A stretch of 32,000 bases of DNA. Source: an uncultured Erysipelotrichaceae bacterium. Lineage in GTDB: Bacteria; Bacillota_I; Bacilli_A; Erysipelotrichales; Erysipelotrichaceae. Below are positions 1 through 9,085 of this stretch, one piece after another; within the stretch, counting starts at the first letter, position 1; each line of letters begins with the position of its first letter. The translations under genes were made by a program, and so were the position numbers. The DNA lies in NCBI GenBank assembly GCA_942493105.1, contig OW818668.1:930001-962000 (forward strand). The letters run 5' to 3'. The notes beneath the pieces are model-generated. The model was given only the letters and a program-made list of their open reading frames with translations. It did not search any database and was not told the DNA's origin.

Positions 1-22
1 AAGATCATAAGCAAGGAGCTCT

Positions 23-1366
23 ATGTTTGATTTAAATTTCAATATCGATGCCTGGGTCAACCATGTCAAAGATCAGTTAAAACTCAATGCTACAGAACGG
101 CATTTGTTGGAAGAACAGATTAGACAAAGAACCAAGGATCTATCACAGCAATGGTTAAGTGAAGAAGAAGCCTTCTTGATTGCAGTAAAGCGTGTTTCAC
201 TTGAGCGAGGCTATCATCTTATGGTTGATGAGTCCTTGATTTGGAAGCAAGTCAGTATAAAACCCATGGAAAGACCTCTTGAATCAAATTCTTTGAGATC
301 GATTCTTATGGTGGTTTTCTTTTCGCTTATTGCGGGAACCATGAGTAAATTACCCAGTTGGATTTGGTATGATTATCAAGGATTTGCTTATGAAATGATG
401 GTGTTTAAGAACACAAGTTTATTTATCTTGCCTTTGGTTGCTTTGTATTTACTGATTCAACATAAAACCAGTCGAAAGATGCTGTTGACGATTTTAGGAA
501 TCTTTGCGATGACGATCCTTTTGATCAATATCTATCCTTATACAGGACAGCGTCATACTGAAATCTTAACTGGACTACATGTTCCTTTATTAATGTGGTT
601 GATCATAGGCGTAGCATATTTAGGCAATGAATTCAAGAATACGAAACGAAGAATGGACTTTATTCGTTTCTCAGGAGAAGCCTTTATTTATGGTGTTTTG
701 ATTTTCTGTGGTTTGATGGTTCTGTCTTTGTTTATCCTGCTCATCTTCTCATCCATTCAAGTCGATGTATCCAATTTTGTAACAGAATATCTGATCGTTT
801 ATGGTTCGTGTGCAGTTGTATTGGTAACGGTATATCAGGTTGAAAAGAAAAATCTCATGGAGAATTTCGCACCGATCTTGGCGAGAATCTTTAGTCCTTT
901 GTTTTTGGTTTCTATGGTTTTGTTTCTGGTAACAATTCTACTTACAGGTCGTAATCCTTTGGTAGATCGAAATTATCTGATTGCTTTTGATGCGATGCTG
1001 GTCCTTGTGTTGGCACTGGTCCTCTATGTGATATCTGCTCGCAAAGAAAATGACAAGATTGGCACTTTTGATTATTTAAATATTGGACTCATCAGTGCTG
1101 CTTTGATCATTGATGGGATTGCGTTAGTTGAGATCATCATTCGATTGTCGACCATGGGCATCACTCCAAATAAAATGGCTGCCTTAGGTGAAAACATCGT
1201 GGTGTTTATCAATTTGGCAGGTTTGATTTTTGCTTATTATAAAATCATCAAACACAAAAACACCTTTGAGCAACTCGAGCGTTTTCAAACCAACTATTTA
1301 AATATTTATGCGGGCTGGCTTGCCTGTGTTGTGTTTATATTTCCACTGATCTTTGGATTCAACTAA
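23..1366 (+). CDS. Polytopic membrane protein of unknown function: soluble helical N-terminal ~90 aa, then about ten hydrophobic segments (DUF4153-like by recollection only)
   Basis: 447-aa ORF. The N-terminus MFDLNFNIDAWVNHVKDQLKLNATERHLLEEQIRQR is hydrophilic. The rest is runs of hydrophobic residues (LRSILMVVFFSLIAGT, LFILPLVALYLLI, LLTILGIFAMTILLINI and others). A hairpin terminator follows at 1365-1388. Confidence 0.6.
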   Translation: MFDLNFNIDAWVNHVKDQLKLNATERHLLEEQIRQRTKDLSQQWLSEEEAFLIAVKRVSLERGYHLMVDESLIWKQVSIKPMERPLESNSLRSILMVVFFSLIAGTMSKLPSWIWYDYQGFAYEMMVFKNTSLFILPLVALYLLIQHKTSRKMLLTILGIFAMTILLINIYPYTGQRHTEILTGLHVPLLMWLIIGVAYLGNEFKNTKRRMDFIRFSGEAFIYGVLIFCGLMVLSLFILLIFSSIQVDVSNFVTEYLIVYGSCAVVLVTVYQVEKKNLMENFAPILARIFSPLFLVSMVLFLVTILLTGRNPLVDRNYLIAFDAMLVLVLALVLYVISARKENDKIGTFDYLNIGLISAALIIDGIALVEIIIRLSTMGITPNKMAALGENIVVFINLAGLIFAYYKIIKHKNTFEQLERFQTNYLNIYAGWLACVVFIFPLIFGFN

Positions 1367-1388
1367 AAAACCACGACGTGGTTTTTTT
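1365..1388. terminator. Bidirectional rho-independent terminator between convergent genes
   Basis: aaaaaaccac-gac-gtggttttttt forms a ~10-bp stem with an A-run on one side and a T-run on the other. Confidence 0.7.
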
Positions 1389-3141
1389 AGTTATTGGTGG
1401 TAGATTGACGTAATACTTTTTCTATGAACAAATCAGCCAAATGTGGATCAAATTGTGTTCCCATATTACGTTTAATTTCTTCTATGGCTTCTTCTCGTGA
1501 CTTACGAGGCTTATATGAACTTTGAGTAATCATCGTATCATAACTATCTGCGATCGCAATGATACGGGCTGCGGTTGGGATTTCTTCCCATGTGATCCCT
1601 GAGGGATAACCAGAACCGTCATATCGTTCATGATGATATAGGATTGCTTTCCCAACATCATTCATGGCATCTGTATTGCCTACGACTTTGGCTCCGATTT
1701 CGGTGTGTGATTTGACTTGTTCCCATTCATCAATGGTCAATGGGGTTTTCTTTTGAAGGATATCGGTACTGATCGCAATCTTACCTATGTCGTGAAGCAA
1801 ACCAGCTAAAGTTAATTTTTGAATATCATCTTTATTCAACTTTAAGGCATGTCCCATTTCTTGACACAAGAAACTTACACGCTTGGCATGTTGTTCTTCA
1901 TAGGGGATCTTACTAAATAGAGTGGCCGCAATTACATCGATGATGTCTTTACGGCTTCTTTCGCCTTCTTTCGCCTTTGCCTTATACATTGCATCTTCAG
2001 CCAATCGCATTTGTTCATTCATAGATTCATTGAGGAATGACTTTGTGGAAAGACCAAAAGCAATACTGACACTAATGGAGTTGACACTTTTTTGAGCACA
2101 AATCGCGTGAATTCGATCAACGATTTTTTGAGCATCCCCAAAGTTTGTTTTAGGTAAAAAGATCATGAATTCATCTCCACCCCAACGTGCAATCAAATCT
2201 TCAGGTCGACAACTGTTTTTAATGGACTCTGCGGCTTTGATGATCAGTTCATCACCTTTTTCATGACCAAAGGCATCATTGACAAGCTTAAGCCGATTTA
2301 CATCACCCATGATGATGCTTAAAGGTAAATTACGCGGAACATCCAAACGCTTGATTTCTTCTTCAAGAAAGCGACGATTGTATAAACCAGTCAACATATC
2401 ATGGAAGCTTAAGTATTCAATTTGGGCCTCTTTTAGGTTACGTTCAGTGATGTCTCGAGCTACTGCATACACTTTTTGGCCATCACTTTGAGCATCCCAC
2501 TCCATCACACGAAAGGTTCCATCTTTATGTCGATATCGATTGACGAAACTGATGACCTGCTGATTGTTCTCTAATTGTCTAAGAATGGACTTATTGTTGG
2601 TTAAGTCATCGGGATGTAGAAATTGCCAACTGTATTTGCGCTCAACTTCATTGGGCTCATAACCCAACACTTTTTTCCAAGCTGGGTTTACTTTTAAATA
2701 GAGTCCATCTGTATGGGATATGCTTAATAAATCGGGACTAATTCTAAAGAAGACATCCATATCACTTAGGTTTTTAACCGAAGCTGTAATATCTGTATAA
2801 AAGAGATAAATAAAGTTGGCTTCTGGTGAATAAACACTGACTTTATAATGAGACTCACTTTTTGAGACATACACATTAAAAAGCTCAGTACCACCATTTA
2901 GCGCAACATTGACCACGCGTTCAAAGAAACCATTCTCTTCTAAATTAAAACCTGGATTGATCACACTCAATCTTTTACCTAGGACTTGATCTCGCTTAAG
3001 AATGATCATATCTTCATAGGCACCATTGATTTGTACATACTCAAAATCACAAGGAATTCCTTGATCATTAAACATCAAATGGAGATATGAAAAACCAATG
3101 GGAAACTGTTCAATGATGGATTCACAGAAATGGACAGACAT
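1387..3141 (-). CDS. Signal-transduction protein: PAS-like sensor region + GGDEF diguanylate cyclase + HD-GYP phosphodiesterase
   Basis: Motifs in the translation: RWGGDEFMIF (GGDEF), RPED five residues upstream (RxxD I-site), LLHDIGK and HHERYDGSGYP (HD-GYP). The ORF track starts at 3174, but the ATG at 3141 (MSVHFCES...) has an aaagggga SD 6 nt upstream, so the start is placed there. Confidence 0.85.
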   Translation of the reverse strand: MSVHFCESIIEQFPIGFSYLHLMFNDQGIPCDFEYVQINGAYEDMIILKRDQVLGKRLSVINPGFNLEENGFFERVVNVALNGGTELFNVYVSKSESHYKVSVYSPEANFIYLFYTDITASVKNLSDMDVFFRISPDLLSISHTDGLYLKVNPAWKKVLGYEPNEVERKYSWQFLHPDDLTNNKSILRQLENNQQVISFVNRYRHKDGTFRVMEWDAQSDGQKVYAVARDITERNLKEAQIEYLSFHDMLTGLYNRRFLEEEIKRLDVPRNLPLSIIMGDVNRLKLVNDAFGHEKGDELIIKAAESIKNSCRPEDLIARWGGDEFMIFLPKTNFGDAQKIVDRIHAICAQKSVNSISVSIAFGLSTKSFLNESMNEQMRLAEDAMYKAKAKEGERSRKDIIDVIAATLFSKIPYEEQHAKRVSFLCQEMGHALKLNKDDIQKLTLAGLLHDIGKIAISTDILQKKTPLTIDEWEQVKSHTEIGAKVVGNTDAMNDVGKAILYHHERYDGSGYPSGITWEEIPTAARIIAIADSYDTMITQSSYKPRKSREEAIEEIKRNMGTQFDPHLADLFIEKVLRQSTTNN

Positions 3142-3458
3142 TAGGGTCCCCTTTACTTGTGTCATAAAGAACAACTCATAGTTAAATTTAGTTTAGCACG
3201 CTTATAATAAAACATCAAACAGCTCATTGAAAGATTAAGAGCGTCGATAATAATGTACTCCCTTCTTATATGAACGGGCAAGAGATGGACAACTTTTTGG
3301 ACAGTACGCATCAATAGAAGATGATTTCAAGACTGCAATCAATGATTATCCTCAGTCATTTAAATTAACATCGCTATAACCAATGAAGGGGGATAGAATT
3401 CGGCAGATTGATTTTCAATTAAACAAGGTTATAATAAAAACAAAAGGATAGGCACCCC

Positions 3459-4388
3459 ATGAAACTCTTTAAAATAGGTCTGTGTTGTTTGATTTTAAGT
3501 ATTTTGATCAGTGGATGTGGAACTTCGGATACAAAGAAGTGGGTCCCTTCGGAAATGGCAGGATTGGCTAATCCTGGTTTCACTTTGACTTCAAAAACTG
3601 TTTCAAATTCAGAAGTAAGATACAACTTTTCAAACATCAGTGAACAAAAGGCAAGTGATTTCTTAAGTGTTTTATATCAGTCATCCTTCATAACAAGTCA
3701 AAATTACATCGCTGAAACAAACTATATCAGTTATGCAGCCTTTAATACATCGGGTGAAAGTCTCCATTTTGTATATACTCCAAGTGATAAGACCGGTGTT
3801 TTGATTTATGGGAAAGCCAGCTCTAATCGCTTTGTTCCTGGAGCTAGAGATGTGGGCTATTTCATTGAATCAAACTTTGAATATGAGTCTAATGCGGAGG
3901 CAACAAAATACAATGCGACTTTGTGGTATTCAGTAAGTCTCAATGTGAAATTAAGCGACTATTTAGAAACTGTAGATTCATGTAAGATCAGCAGTTTTAC
4001 AGTCAAAACCAAATCTAGAGTTGGAACATTGAGTTTTGGCAATGATGCATGGTCAAGCAGTTCTGCGAATTTTAGTAAAACATGCAGTGGTTTAAGCGGG
4101 CTAAGTTTTGTGGTTCGTCAAAGAAACATTGGTTCTTATCCTGTAACCATGGCTTTCAGTCAAGACAAAAAACCTTATTTTGAAGCCATGGGATTATCTC
4201 AAGCAGATTTGAATTTCACGATCACCTTTAAGGTCACTGTCACGACAGATAAACACACCTATATAAAAAACTATGAACTTCAGATCCTGCCTTCAGGGTT
4301 TGATACCACCAAGATGAATAAACAAACCTACAGCGCTGATCAACTCATAACCGACTTTACTCTTGGGATTCCTTTTATGAAAGAATGA
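3459..4388 (+). CDS. Lipoprotein, unknown function
   Basis: MKLFKIGLCCLILSILISGCG is a signal peptide plus lipobox (LISGC). The mature part is Ser/Thr/Asn-rich. TGA stop; terminator follows. Confidence 0.7.
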   Translation: MKLFKIGLCCLILSILISGCGTSDTKKWVPSEMAGLANPGFTLTSKTVSNSEVRYNFSNISEQKASDFLSVLYQSSFITSQNYIAETNYISYAAFNTSGESLHFVYTPSDKTGVLIYGKASSNRFVPGARDVGYFIESNFEYESNAEATKYNATLWYSVSLNVKLSDYLETVDSCKISSFTVKTKSRVGTLSFGNDAWSSSSANFSKTCSGLSGLSFVVRQRNIGSYPVTMAFSQDKKPYFEAMGLSQADLNFTITFKVTVTTDKHTYIKNYELQILPSGFDTTKMNKQTYSADQLITDFTLGIPFMKE

Positions 4389-4410
4389 AAACCGCAAACG
4401 CGGTTTTTTT
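4388..4410. terminator. Bidirectional rho-independent terminator
   Basis: aaaaccgc-aaac-gcggttttttt hairpin between convergent genes 3459-4388 (+) and 4425-5144 (-). Confidence 0.7.
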
Positions 4411-4424
4411 GAGTCGATGATTCT

Positions 4425-5144
4425 TTAAATCGAAGTACGATAGGCAGCTTGTGTGATACTGAAACGATCTGGTCTATAATAGGTTGACGTAAATTCAAAG
4501 GCAACCCCATTTTTTAAATATGAGATATTTGTGATCTTAAGTAAAGGTTTACCTTCGTTAACATGAAGTAATTTTGCGATCTCACGGGATGCTTCTACAG
4601 CTTCGATTTCTTGATTGGAGTAGGTGATGACTAAGCCTACCTTTTTCTCTAGGTGTTGATAGATGGATCCGTTTAAGATGTCTAGGTTACAATCCCCAAA
4701 GACGGAGGCCAAATAGTATGAGTCTTCAAAGGCATATGGCTCATTGTCTACATTTCTTACCCTTTGGATTTTCCATACTTGTTTATTGACGTTGACTCCT
4801 AATTTCATAGCGACCATGGCACTGGCCTTTTCTTTCTTGAAGTCAATGATGGTATTGGTTACCGTTAATCCACGGCGTGTTGCTTCTTCAGTAAAACATA
4901 AGTAACTTTGCAGATCTTTGAAGTGTGGACGTTGGGATACGAAAGAACCTTTTCCGTGATAGCGATGAAGTAAACCCAATACGACCAACTCATCGATGAC
5001 TTTACGGGCTGTCATACGGGAAACTTCAAATCGTTTTGCTAATTCATTTTCGGATTCGATGGGTTCATCCGGCAGGATTTCTTTTCGATTGATTCGACCT
5101 ACGATATATTCTTTGATTTCTTCATGTTTATTGATTCTGGCCAT
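4425..5144 (-). CDS. GntR-family transcriptional regulator, HutC subfamily (wHTH + UTRA effector domain)
   Basis: The N-terminal block PIESENELAKRFEVSRMTARKVIDELVVLGLLHRYHGKGSFV is the GntR wHTH signature. The ~240-aa length and C-terminal half fit UTRA-type HutC regulators. Confidence 0.85.
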   Translation of the reverse strand: MARINKHEEIKEYIVGRINRKEILPDEPIESENELAKRFEVSRMTARKVIDELVVLGLLHRYHGKGSFVSQRPHFKDLQSYLCFTEEATRRGLTVTNTIIDFKKEKASAMVAMKLGVNVNKQVWKIQRVRNVDNEPYAFEDSYYLASVFGDCNLDILNGSIYQHLEKKVGLVITYSNQEIEAVEASREIAKLLHVNEGKPLLKITNISYLKNGVAFEFTSTYYRPDRFSITQAAYRTSI

Positions 5145-5329
5145 GAGTGCTCACTTTCCTTCTGCCATGCATATTCTATTTACATTGATATATTATATCA
5201 TATCGATACCATGGCATTTTGCTCATTAAGTAACGCTAAAACTCTAAATATGAAGTTGAAATGATGGGACTTTATGACATATATGATTCTTATAAAAAAG
5301 TTAAGGTTAAGATTGAAACCAGCCAAAAC

Positions 5330-5365
5330 AGTTGTATACTTAAGTTGTGGTTATATATACAACTT
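5330..5365. promoter_or_regulatory. Putative GntR/HutC operator (inverted repeats built on TTGTATA / TATACAA)
   Basis: agttgtata (5330-5338) is the reverse complement of tatacaact (5356-5364). A nested pair aagttgt (5342-5348) / acaactt (5359-5365) lies inside. The site is in the divergent intergenic region between the regulator and the ceramidase-like gene. Confidence 0.45.
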
Positions 5366-5479
5366 GGTTTGTTAAATCAATACAAGACAGAATTGGAGGG
5401 CACTTTATCGAAGAATAACTCAAACAAACCCTTACCTATGAATCGTATTTTATGAACAGATGCTTGATTAAGAGTATCT

Positions 5480-6793
5480 GTGAGAAAGGAACTCAAACTC
5501 ATTATGTTAAAAGGATCAAGTAAGAAAGTAAACATCACTCCCCCAATCGGTTTAAGAATGGCGGGCTATGGCGCAAGAAAACATGCTAATGAAGGCATCT
5601 TAAATCAACTGTATGCGAATATTTTGGTTTTAGATGATGAAAACACAAAGGTTGCTTTTGTGACCTTAGATTTGATTGGAGTCGATAAAGCATTGGCTCA
5701 TGAAGTAAGAACGATCGTCAGTGAAAAAACAGATATTCCATATCATTCGATCATGTTGGTTGGATCTCATACGCATTCAGGACCTGAAGCTGCTCGTTTT
5801 GGAGACATGGGTAGATTATCACGTCGTATTGAACCAACACCAATTGATTCAGCTTATAATACCTTGCTTCCGCAATTGATAGCCAATGGGGTTGTTTGGG
5901 CCAATGCGCACTTAGAACCTGTAACCTTCGGGGTTGTTCAAAGTCAGTTACAAGGCTTAGGAAGCAATCGAATCGATCCATCAAGATATGTTGATAATAC
6001 AGTCACCGTATTTAGATTTGATCGTTTAAATGCTGAACCCTTATGTATCATGACTCAATATACCTGTCATCCAACGGTTTTAAATGCTGACAGTTATCTA
6101 TATTCCGGAGACTTTGTATCTTTCTACCAAGAAACGGTTGAGAAAGTATATCAAGGATCTGTTGCAATGTTTATTCAAGGTTGTGCAGGGGATGTCAGTA
6201 CACGTCACAATCGCAAATTTATCAATGTCCCTGAAGTAACACGTATGGGCAGAATGTTGGCTGGCGAAGTCATTAAAGATGTCACTTGGATCGATACAGT
6301 GGCCGATGTTAAGATAAGTGCTGCCATAGAACCTTTAAGATTGGATGTTCGTAAGTTTGCCTCTGATGAAGACTGTGAGTCTAGAATCAATGCTGCACAA
6401 GCAGAATGTGATCGTTTAGTTGCTGAAAATGCACCTGAGCCTTTACAAAGAACAGCCTTTGTAAGCTTAGATGGAGCAAAACGCTATTTAGCCTTTAAGA
6501 AATCCATCGATATCGATCATATTGATATTGAAATGCAAAGAATCAGTATTGGGGATTGGAACATCATCACAACGCCTGGTGAAACCTTTGGTGAAATCGG
6601 TCAACGTATCCGTGAACTAGATCCTCATCGCAAGACTGTCGTTACAGGCTATTCAAATGGTTATGTCGGCTATATCCCAACCAAGGTCACTTATGAAGAT
6701 CCGATGGGTTATGAGATTGCCAGTGCCATCGTCGATGAGCATTCTGAAGACAATATGGTAGAAGCTGCCAAGAAACTGTTGGCCAGTAAATAA
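5480..6793 (+). CDS. Neutral/alkaline ceramidase-like N-terminal-domain hydrolase
   Basis: VNITPPIGLRMAGYGAR near the N-terminus and LVGSHTHSGPEA are signatures I associate with the neutral ceramidase family. The start is uncertain: GTG at 5480 per the track, alternative ATG at 5504 (MLKGSSKK...). Confidence 0.6.
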   Translation: MRKELKLIMLKGSSKKVNITPPIGLRMAGYGARKHANEGILNQLYANILVLDDENTKVAFVTLDLIGVDKALAHEVRTIVSEKTDIPYHSIMLVGSHTHSGPEAARFGDMGRLSRRIEPTPIDSAYNTLLPQLIANGVVWANAHLEPVTFGVVQSQLQGLGSNRIDPSRYVDNTVTVFRFDRLNAEPLCIMTQYTCHPTVLNADSYLYSGDFVSFYQETVEKVYQGSVAMFIQGCAGDVSTRHNRKFINVPEVTRMGRMLAGEVIKDVTWIDTVADVKISAAIEPLRLDVRKFASDEDCESRINAAQAECDRLVAENAPEPLQRTAFVSLDGAKRYLAFKKSIDIDHIDIEMQRISIGDWNIITTPGETFGEIGQRIRELDPHRKTVVTGYSNGYVGYIPTKVTYEDPMGYEIASAIVDEHSEDNMVEAAKKLLASK

Positions 6794-6795
6794 CT

Positions 6796-6829
6796 AAAAA
6801 AAGTGTTCACCTTAGAAGCGAACACTTTT
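6796..6829. terminator. Bidirectional rho-independent terminator
   Basis: aaaaagtgttc-(11-nt loop)-gaacactttt, flanked by A-run and T-run, between convergent genes. Confidence 0.65.
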
Positions 6830-6841
6830 ATTTACATGAGA

Positions 6842-8110
6842 TTAACCGTGTTTGATTGGTTTAGGTAATTTAGGTAGGATGAGTGACATCAATGAAGCAT
6901 ATAGAGACATGACTGCGGCAACTGAGAAGACCACATTCCAACCATAAGTATTGGCCAAATAAGCACCTAAACCTCCGCCTAAGATGGCAGCAAATCCTTT
7001 TGAACTATTAAGGAAACCATTGTTGGCAGCTGAGAAAGTAGAACCAAAAAGGTCAGCATTAAGCGAAGGGAATAAACTGAATAGTTGACCCCATGTAAAC
7101 ATGACCAACATTAAAGCTAATACATAAAGAACCTCACCTTGCGCTCCAACGATCGGTAAGATAAACAAGAATATCGCATTGAGTCCAAAGGATATAAACA
7201 TGGTTTTTGAACGACCTAAACGATCAGAGACCCAACCCCAAAATACACGTCCTATCCCATTGGCAAGACTGGTCATCATGACCGCCAAGACGATGGTTGC
7301 GGGTGAAATCAGCAAACTTTTCCCAAATGCTTTTGAGTTTGCGGTAATGATCAAACCACCGACGTTGACCGCAAAAGCCATGGTCCATATGAGCCAAAAA
7401 TGAGGAGTCCTCAACATCTGTAAAGGATTGAAACTAGGCTTGGCTTGTTTTTGATCCTTTTTCTCATCACCTTTTTTAACAACTGCATTCACAGGATTAC
7501 GTAAGATAAAAGCTGCAAAGATAATAACGATGGCTTGTAGTAATCCGATGATCCCAAAGGCATTGGTTACCCCACTGGTATAAATGATCTTATCGATCAA
7601 AGGTACGAAAGGCATGGATCCTAATCCAAAAGCCCCCGCAATGATCCCTGTCGCCAATCCTCTTTTATCAGGAAACCATTTGATCGATATCCCAACACAA
7701 CCACTGTAGATCACAGCTGCACCAACTCCAGACATTGAATAAAAGAAATATAGGGCTTGTAGCGTTGTCACTCGTCCCATCATGGCCCATCCGATACTGA
7801 CCAATAAACCTGATATCGTAAAGACCAATTTTGATCCGAAACGATCAAAAAGATAGCCTCCAGCAGGCTGTATAAAGGTCTGAAACATCACAAATAAGGT
7901 AAAGGCATATTGGATTGCCACAAGGTTAGAATCAAGTTTATCGACCAAAGGTGTGGTGAAAAGGGTCCACGAATACTGCAGATTTGAAATCATCATCATT
8001 GCTGCAGAAGCAACGATCAACTGTAGCCAACGATTGGTTAAGTTTCTTTCTAGCCAGGATTTGTTTGTGTTGTTTTCCATCTTAATGTCTCCAAGGGTTA
8101 TGTTATTCAT
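6842..8110 (-). CDS. MFS transporter, oxalate/formate antiporter (OFA)-like
   Basis: About 12 hydrophobic segments with a central hydrophilic loop (KKGDEKKDQKQAKPS). The N-terminal RWLQLIVASAAMMMISNLQYSWTLF is typical of OFA-type MFS proteins. The internal ATG at 8080 (MENNTNKSW...) has a ggaga SD and may be the true start. Confidence 0.75.
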   Translation of the reverse strand: MNNITLGDIKMENNTNKSWLERNLTNRWLQLIVASAAMMMISNLQYSWTLFTTPLVDKLDSNLVAIQYAFTLFVMFQTFIQPAGGYLFDRFGSKLVFTISGLLVSIGWAMMGRVTTLQALYFFYSMSGVGAAVIYSGCVGISIKWFPDKRGLATGIIAGAFGLGSMPFVPLIDKIIYTSGVTNAFGIIGLLQAIVIIFAAFILRNPVNAVVKKGDEKKDQKQAKPSFNPLQMLRTPHFWLIWTMAFAVNVGGLIITANSKAFGKSLLISPATIVLAVMMTSLANGIGRVFWGWVSDRLGRSKTMFISFGLNAIFLFILPIVGAQGEVLYVLALMLVMFTWGQLFSLFPSLNADLFGSTFSAANNGFLNSSKGFAAILGGGLGAYLANTYGWNVVFSVAAVMSLYASLMSLILPKLPKPIKHG

Positions 8111-8211
8111 ATTGATATGTAAGCCTATAACGATAAAATTATACCTTATTATCAGTCCTAAAGAACATTTTTCAAGCTTATAAATTTATCCTGAATTATT
8201 TTACCATATCT

Positions 8212-8241
8212 ATACAAGATTGTATTGTAAAAACAATACAA
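8212..8241. promoter_or_regulatory. Putative GntR-type operator upstream of the PTS operon
   Basis: atacaa-ga-ttgtat (8212-8225) overlaps ttgtattg-taaaaa-caatacaa (8220-8241). It uses the same TTGTAT/ATACAA half-site as 5330-5365. Confidence 0.4.
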
Positions 8242-8311
8242 GAGGTATAAAATATAGGTAATCGCAAATGCGACCATCACTTTAAAAAGTGAAAAGAAAG
8301 GGGAGAATAGA

Positions 8312-9085
8312 ATGATTGAAGGCTGGCAAATTTTTCTAATTACGCTATATGCTTTTATTCAGCCAACGGACCAAAGCTCATTTAATTTAGGTATGAGTAT
8401 GCCTATATTTGCGGGTTGGTTCACAGGTATGGTGTTAGGGAACCCAGAGACTGGTTTGTTTATTGGGGGATCGTTGACACTGATGACTTTGGGTGTTGCT
8501 ACTTATGGAGGAACCTCGATTCCTGATACAGTTGTCGGGGCTATCGTAGGGACATCATTGGCCTTGAATACGACACCTGAATTAGCGCTGTCTATCGCTA
8601 TTCCAGTTGCCTTGTTCATGATTCAGTTGGATATCTTACGCAGATACGTTACGATTTATTATCAACACAGAGCTGATAAATATGTCGCTGAGAGAAAATA
8701 TGACTTGGCGATGAGACAAAATATTTGGGGTATCTTCCCTAAAGCATTGTCTCGTGCTATTCCTGTTCTGTTGGTCTTGTGGTTAGGCCCACAGTTTATT
8801 GATCAAGTCATGGCGGCAGTTCCGGCCTGGTTGGTTAATGGACTTAAAGTTTCTGGCGGTATCATTCCTGTCGTCGGGATCGGGATCTTATTAAGTTACT
8901 TGCCTACAGCTCAAAAATACATGTTCTTGGTTTTGGGCTTCTTGTTGGTTGCTTACTTGAAACTGCCAATGTTGGCTGTTGCAGGTATCGGTGTGGTCGT
9001 TGCTGGTGCTGACTACATGTATGCTGTACGTCTTGATCAAAAGTTAGGTGTCGCTAGAAATGTAGGAGGAGACGTCGATGAGTAA
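8312..9085 (+). CDS. PTS mannose/fructose/sorbose-family IIC component
   Basis: Integral membrane protein. GLFIGGSLTLMTLGVATYGGTSIPD parallels the ManY block IIGGTLE..ALG....G....PD. Strong SD (aaagggga). Confidence 0.85.
   Translation: MIEGWQIFLITLYAFIQPTDQSSFNLGMSMPIFAGWFTGMVLGNPETGLFIGGSLTLMTLGVATYGGTSIPDTVVGAIVGTSLALNTTPELALSIAIPVALFMIQLDILRRYVTIYYQHRADKYVAERKYDLAMRQNIWGIFPKALSRAIPVLLVLWLGPQFIDQVMAAVPAWLVNGLKVSGGIIPVVGIGILLSYLPTAQKYMFLVLGFLLVAYLKLPMLAVAGIGVVVAGADYMYAVRLDQKLGVARNVGGDVDE

Noticed and set aside
2279-2491. 70-aa plus-strand ORF inside the GGDEF gene. The same applies to 5751-5984, 6205-6390, 7179-7403, 7953-8183, 9272-9529, 11015-11280, 11636-11827, 12264-12449, 12580-13100, 14018-14212, 15880-16071, 18219-18416, 18462-18695, 20583-20792, 22829-23017 and 29801-29992.
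   Set aside because: All are antisense or out-of-frame overlaps of genes with clear family signatures. None has independent support.
3254-3376. Open frame without a start codon (…YERARDGQLFGQYASIEDDFKTAINDYPQSFKLTSL*) in the 285-nt gap before the lipoprotein gene
   Set aside because: It could be the C-terminal relic of a lost gene. However, there is no start codon, no motif, and nothing to compare it with.
3419-3637. 72-aa minus-strand ORF overlapping the lipoprotein start
   Set aside because: It overlaps the SD and signal-peptide region of the well-supported lipoprotein gene on the opposite strand.
5261-5455. 64-aa ORF in the GntR/ceramidase-like intergenic region
   Set aside because: It has no SD, it spans the palindromic operator candidates, and its translation is low-complexity. 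It is more likely non-coding regulatory DNA.
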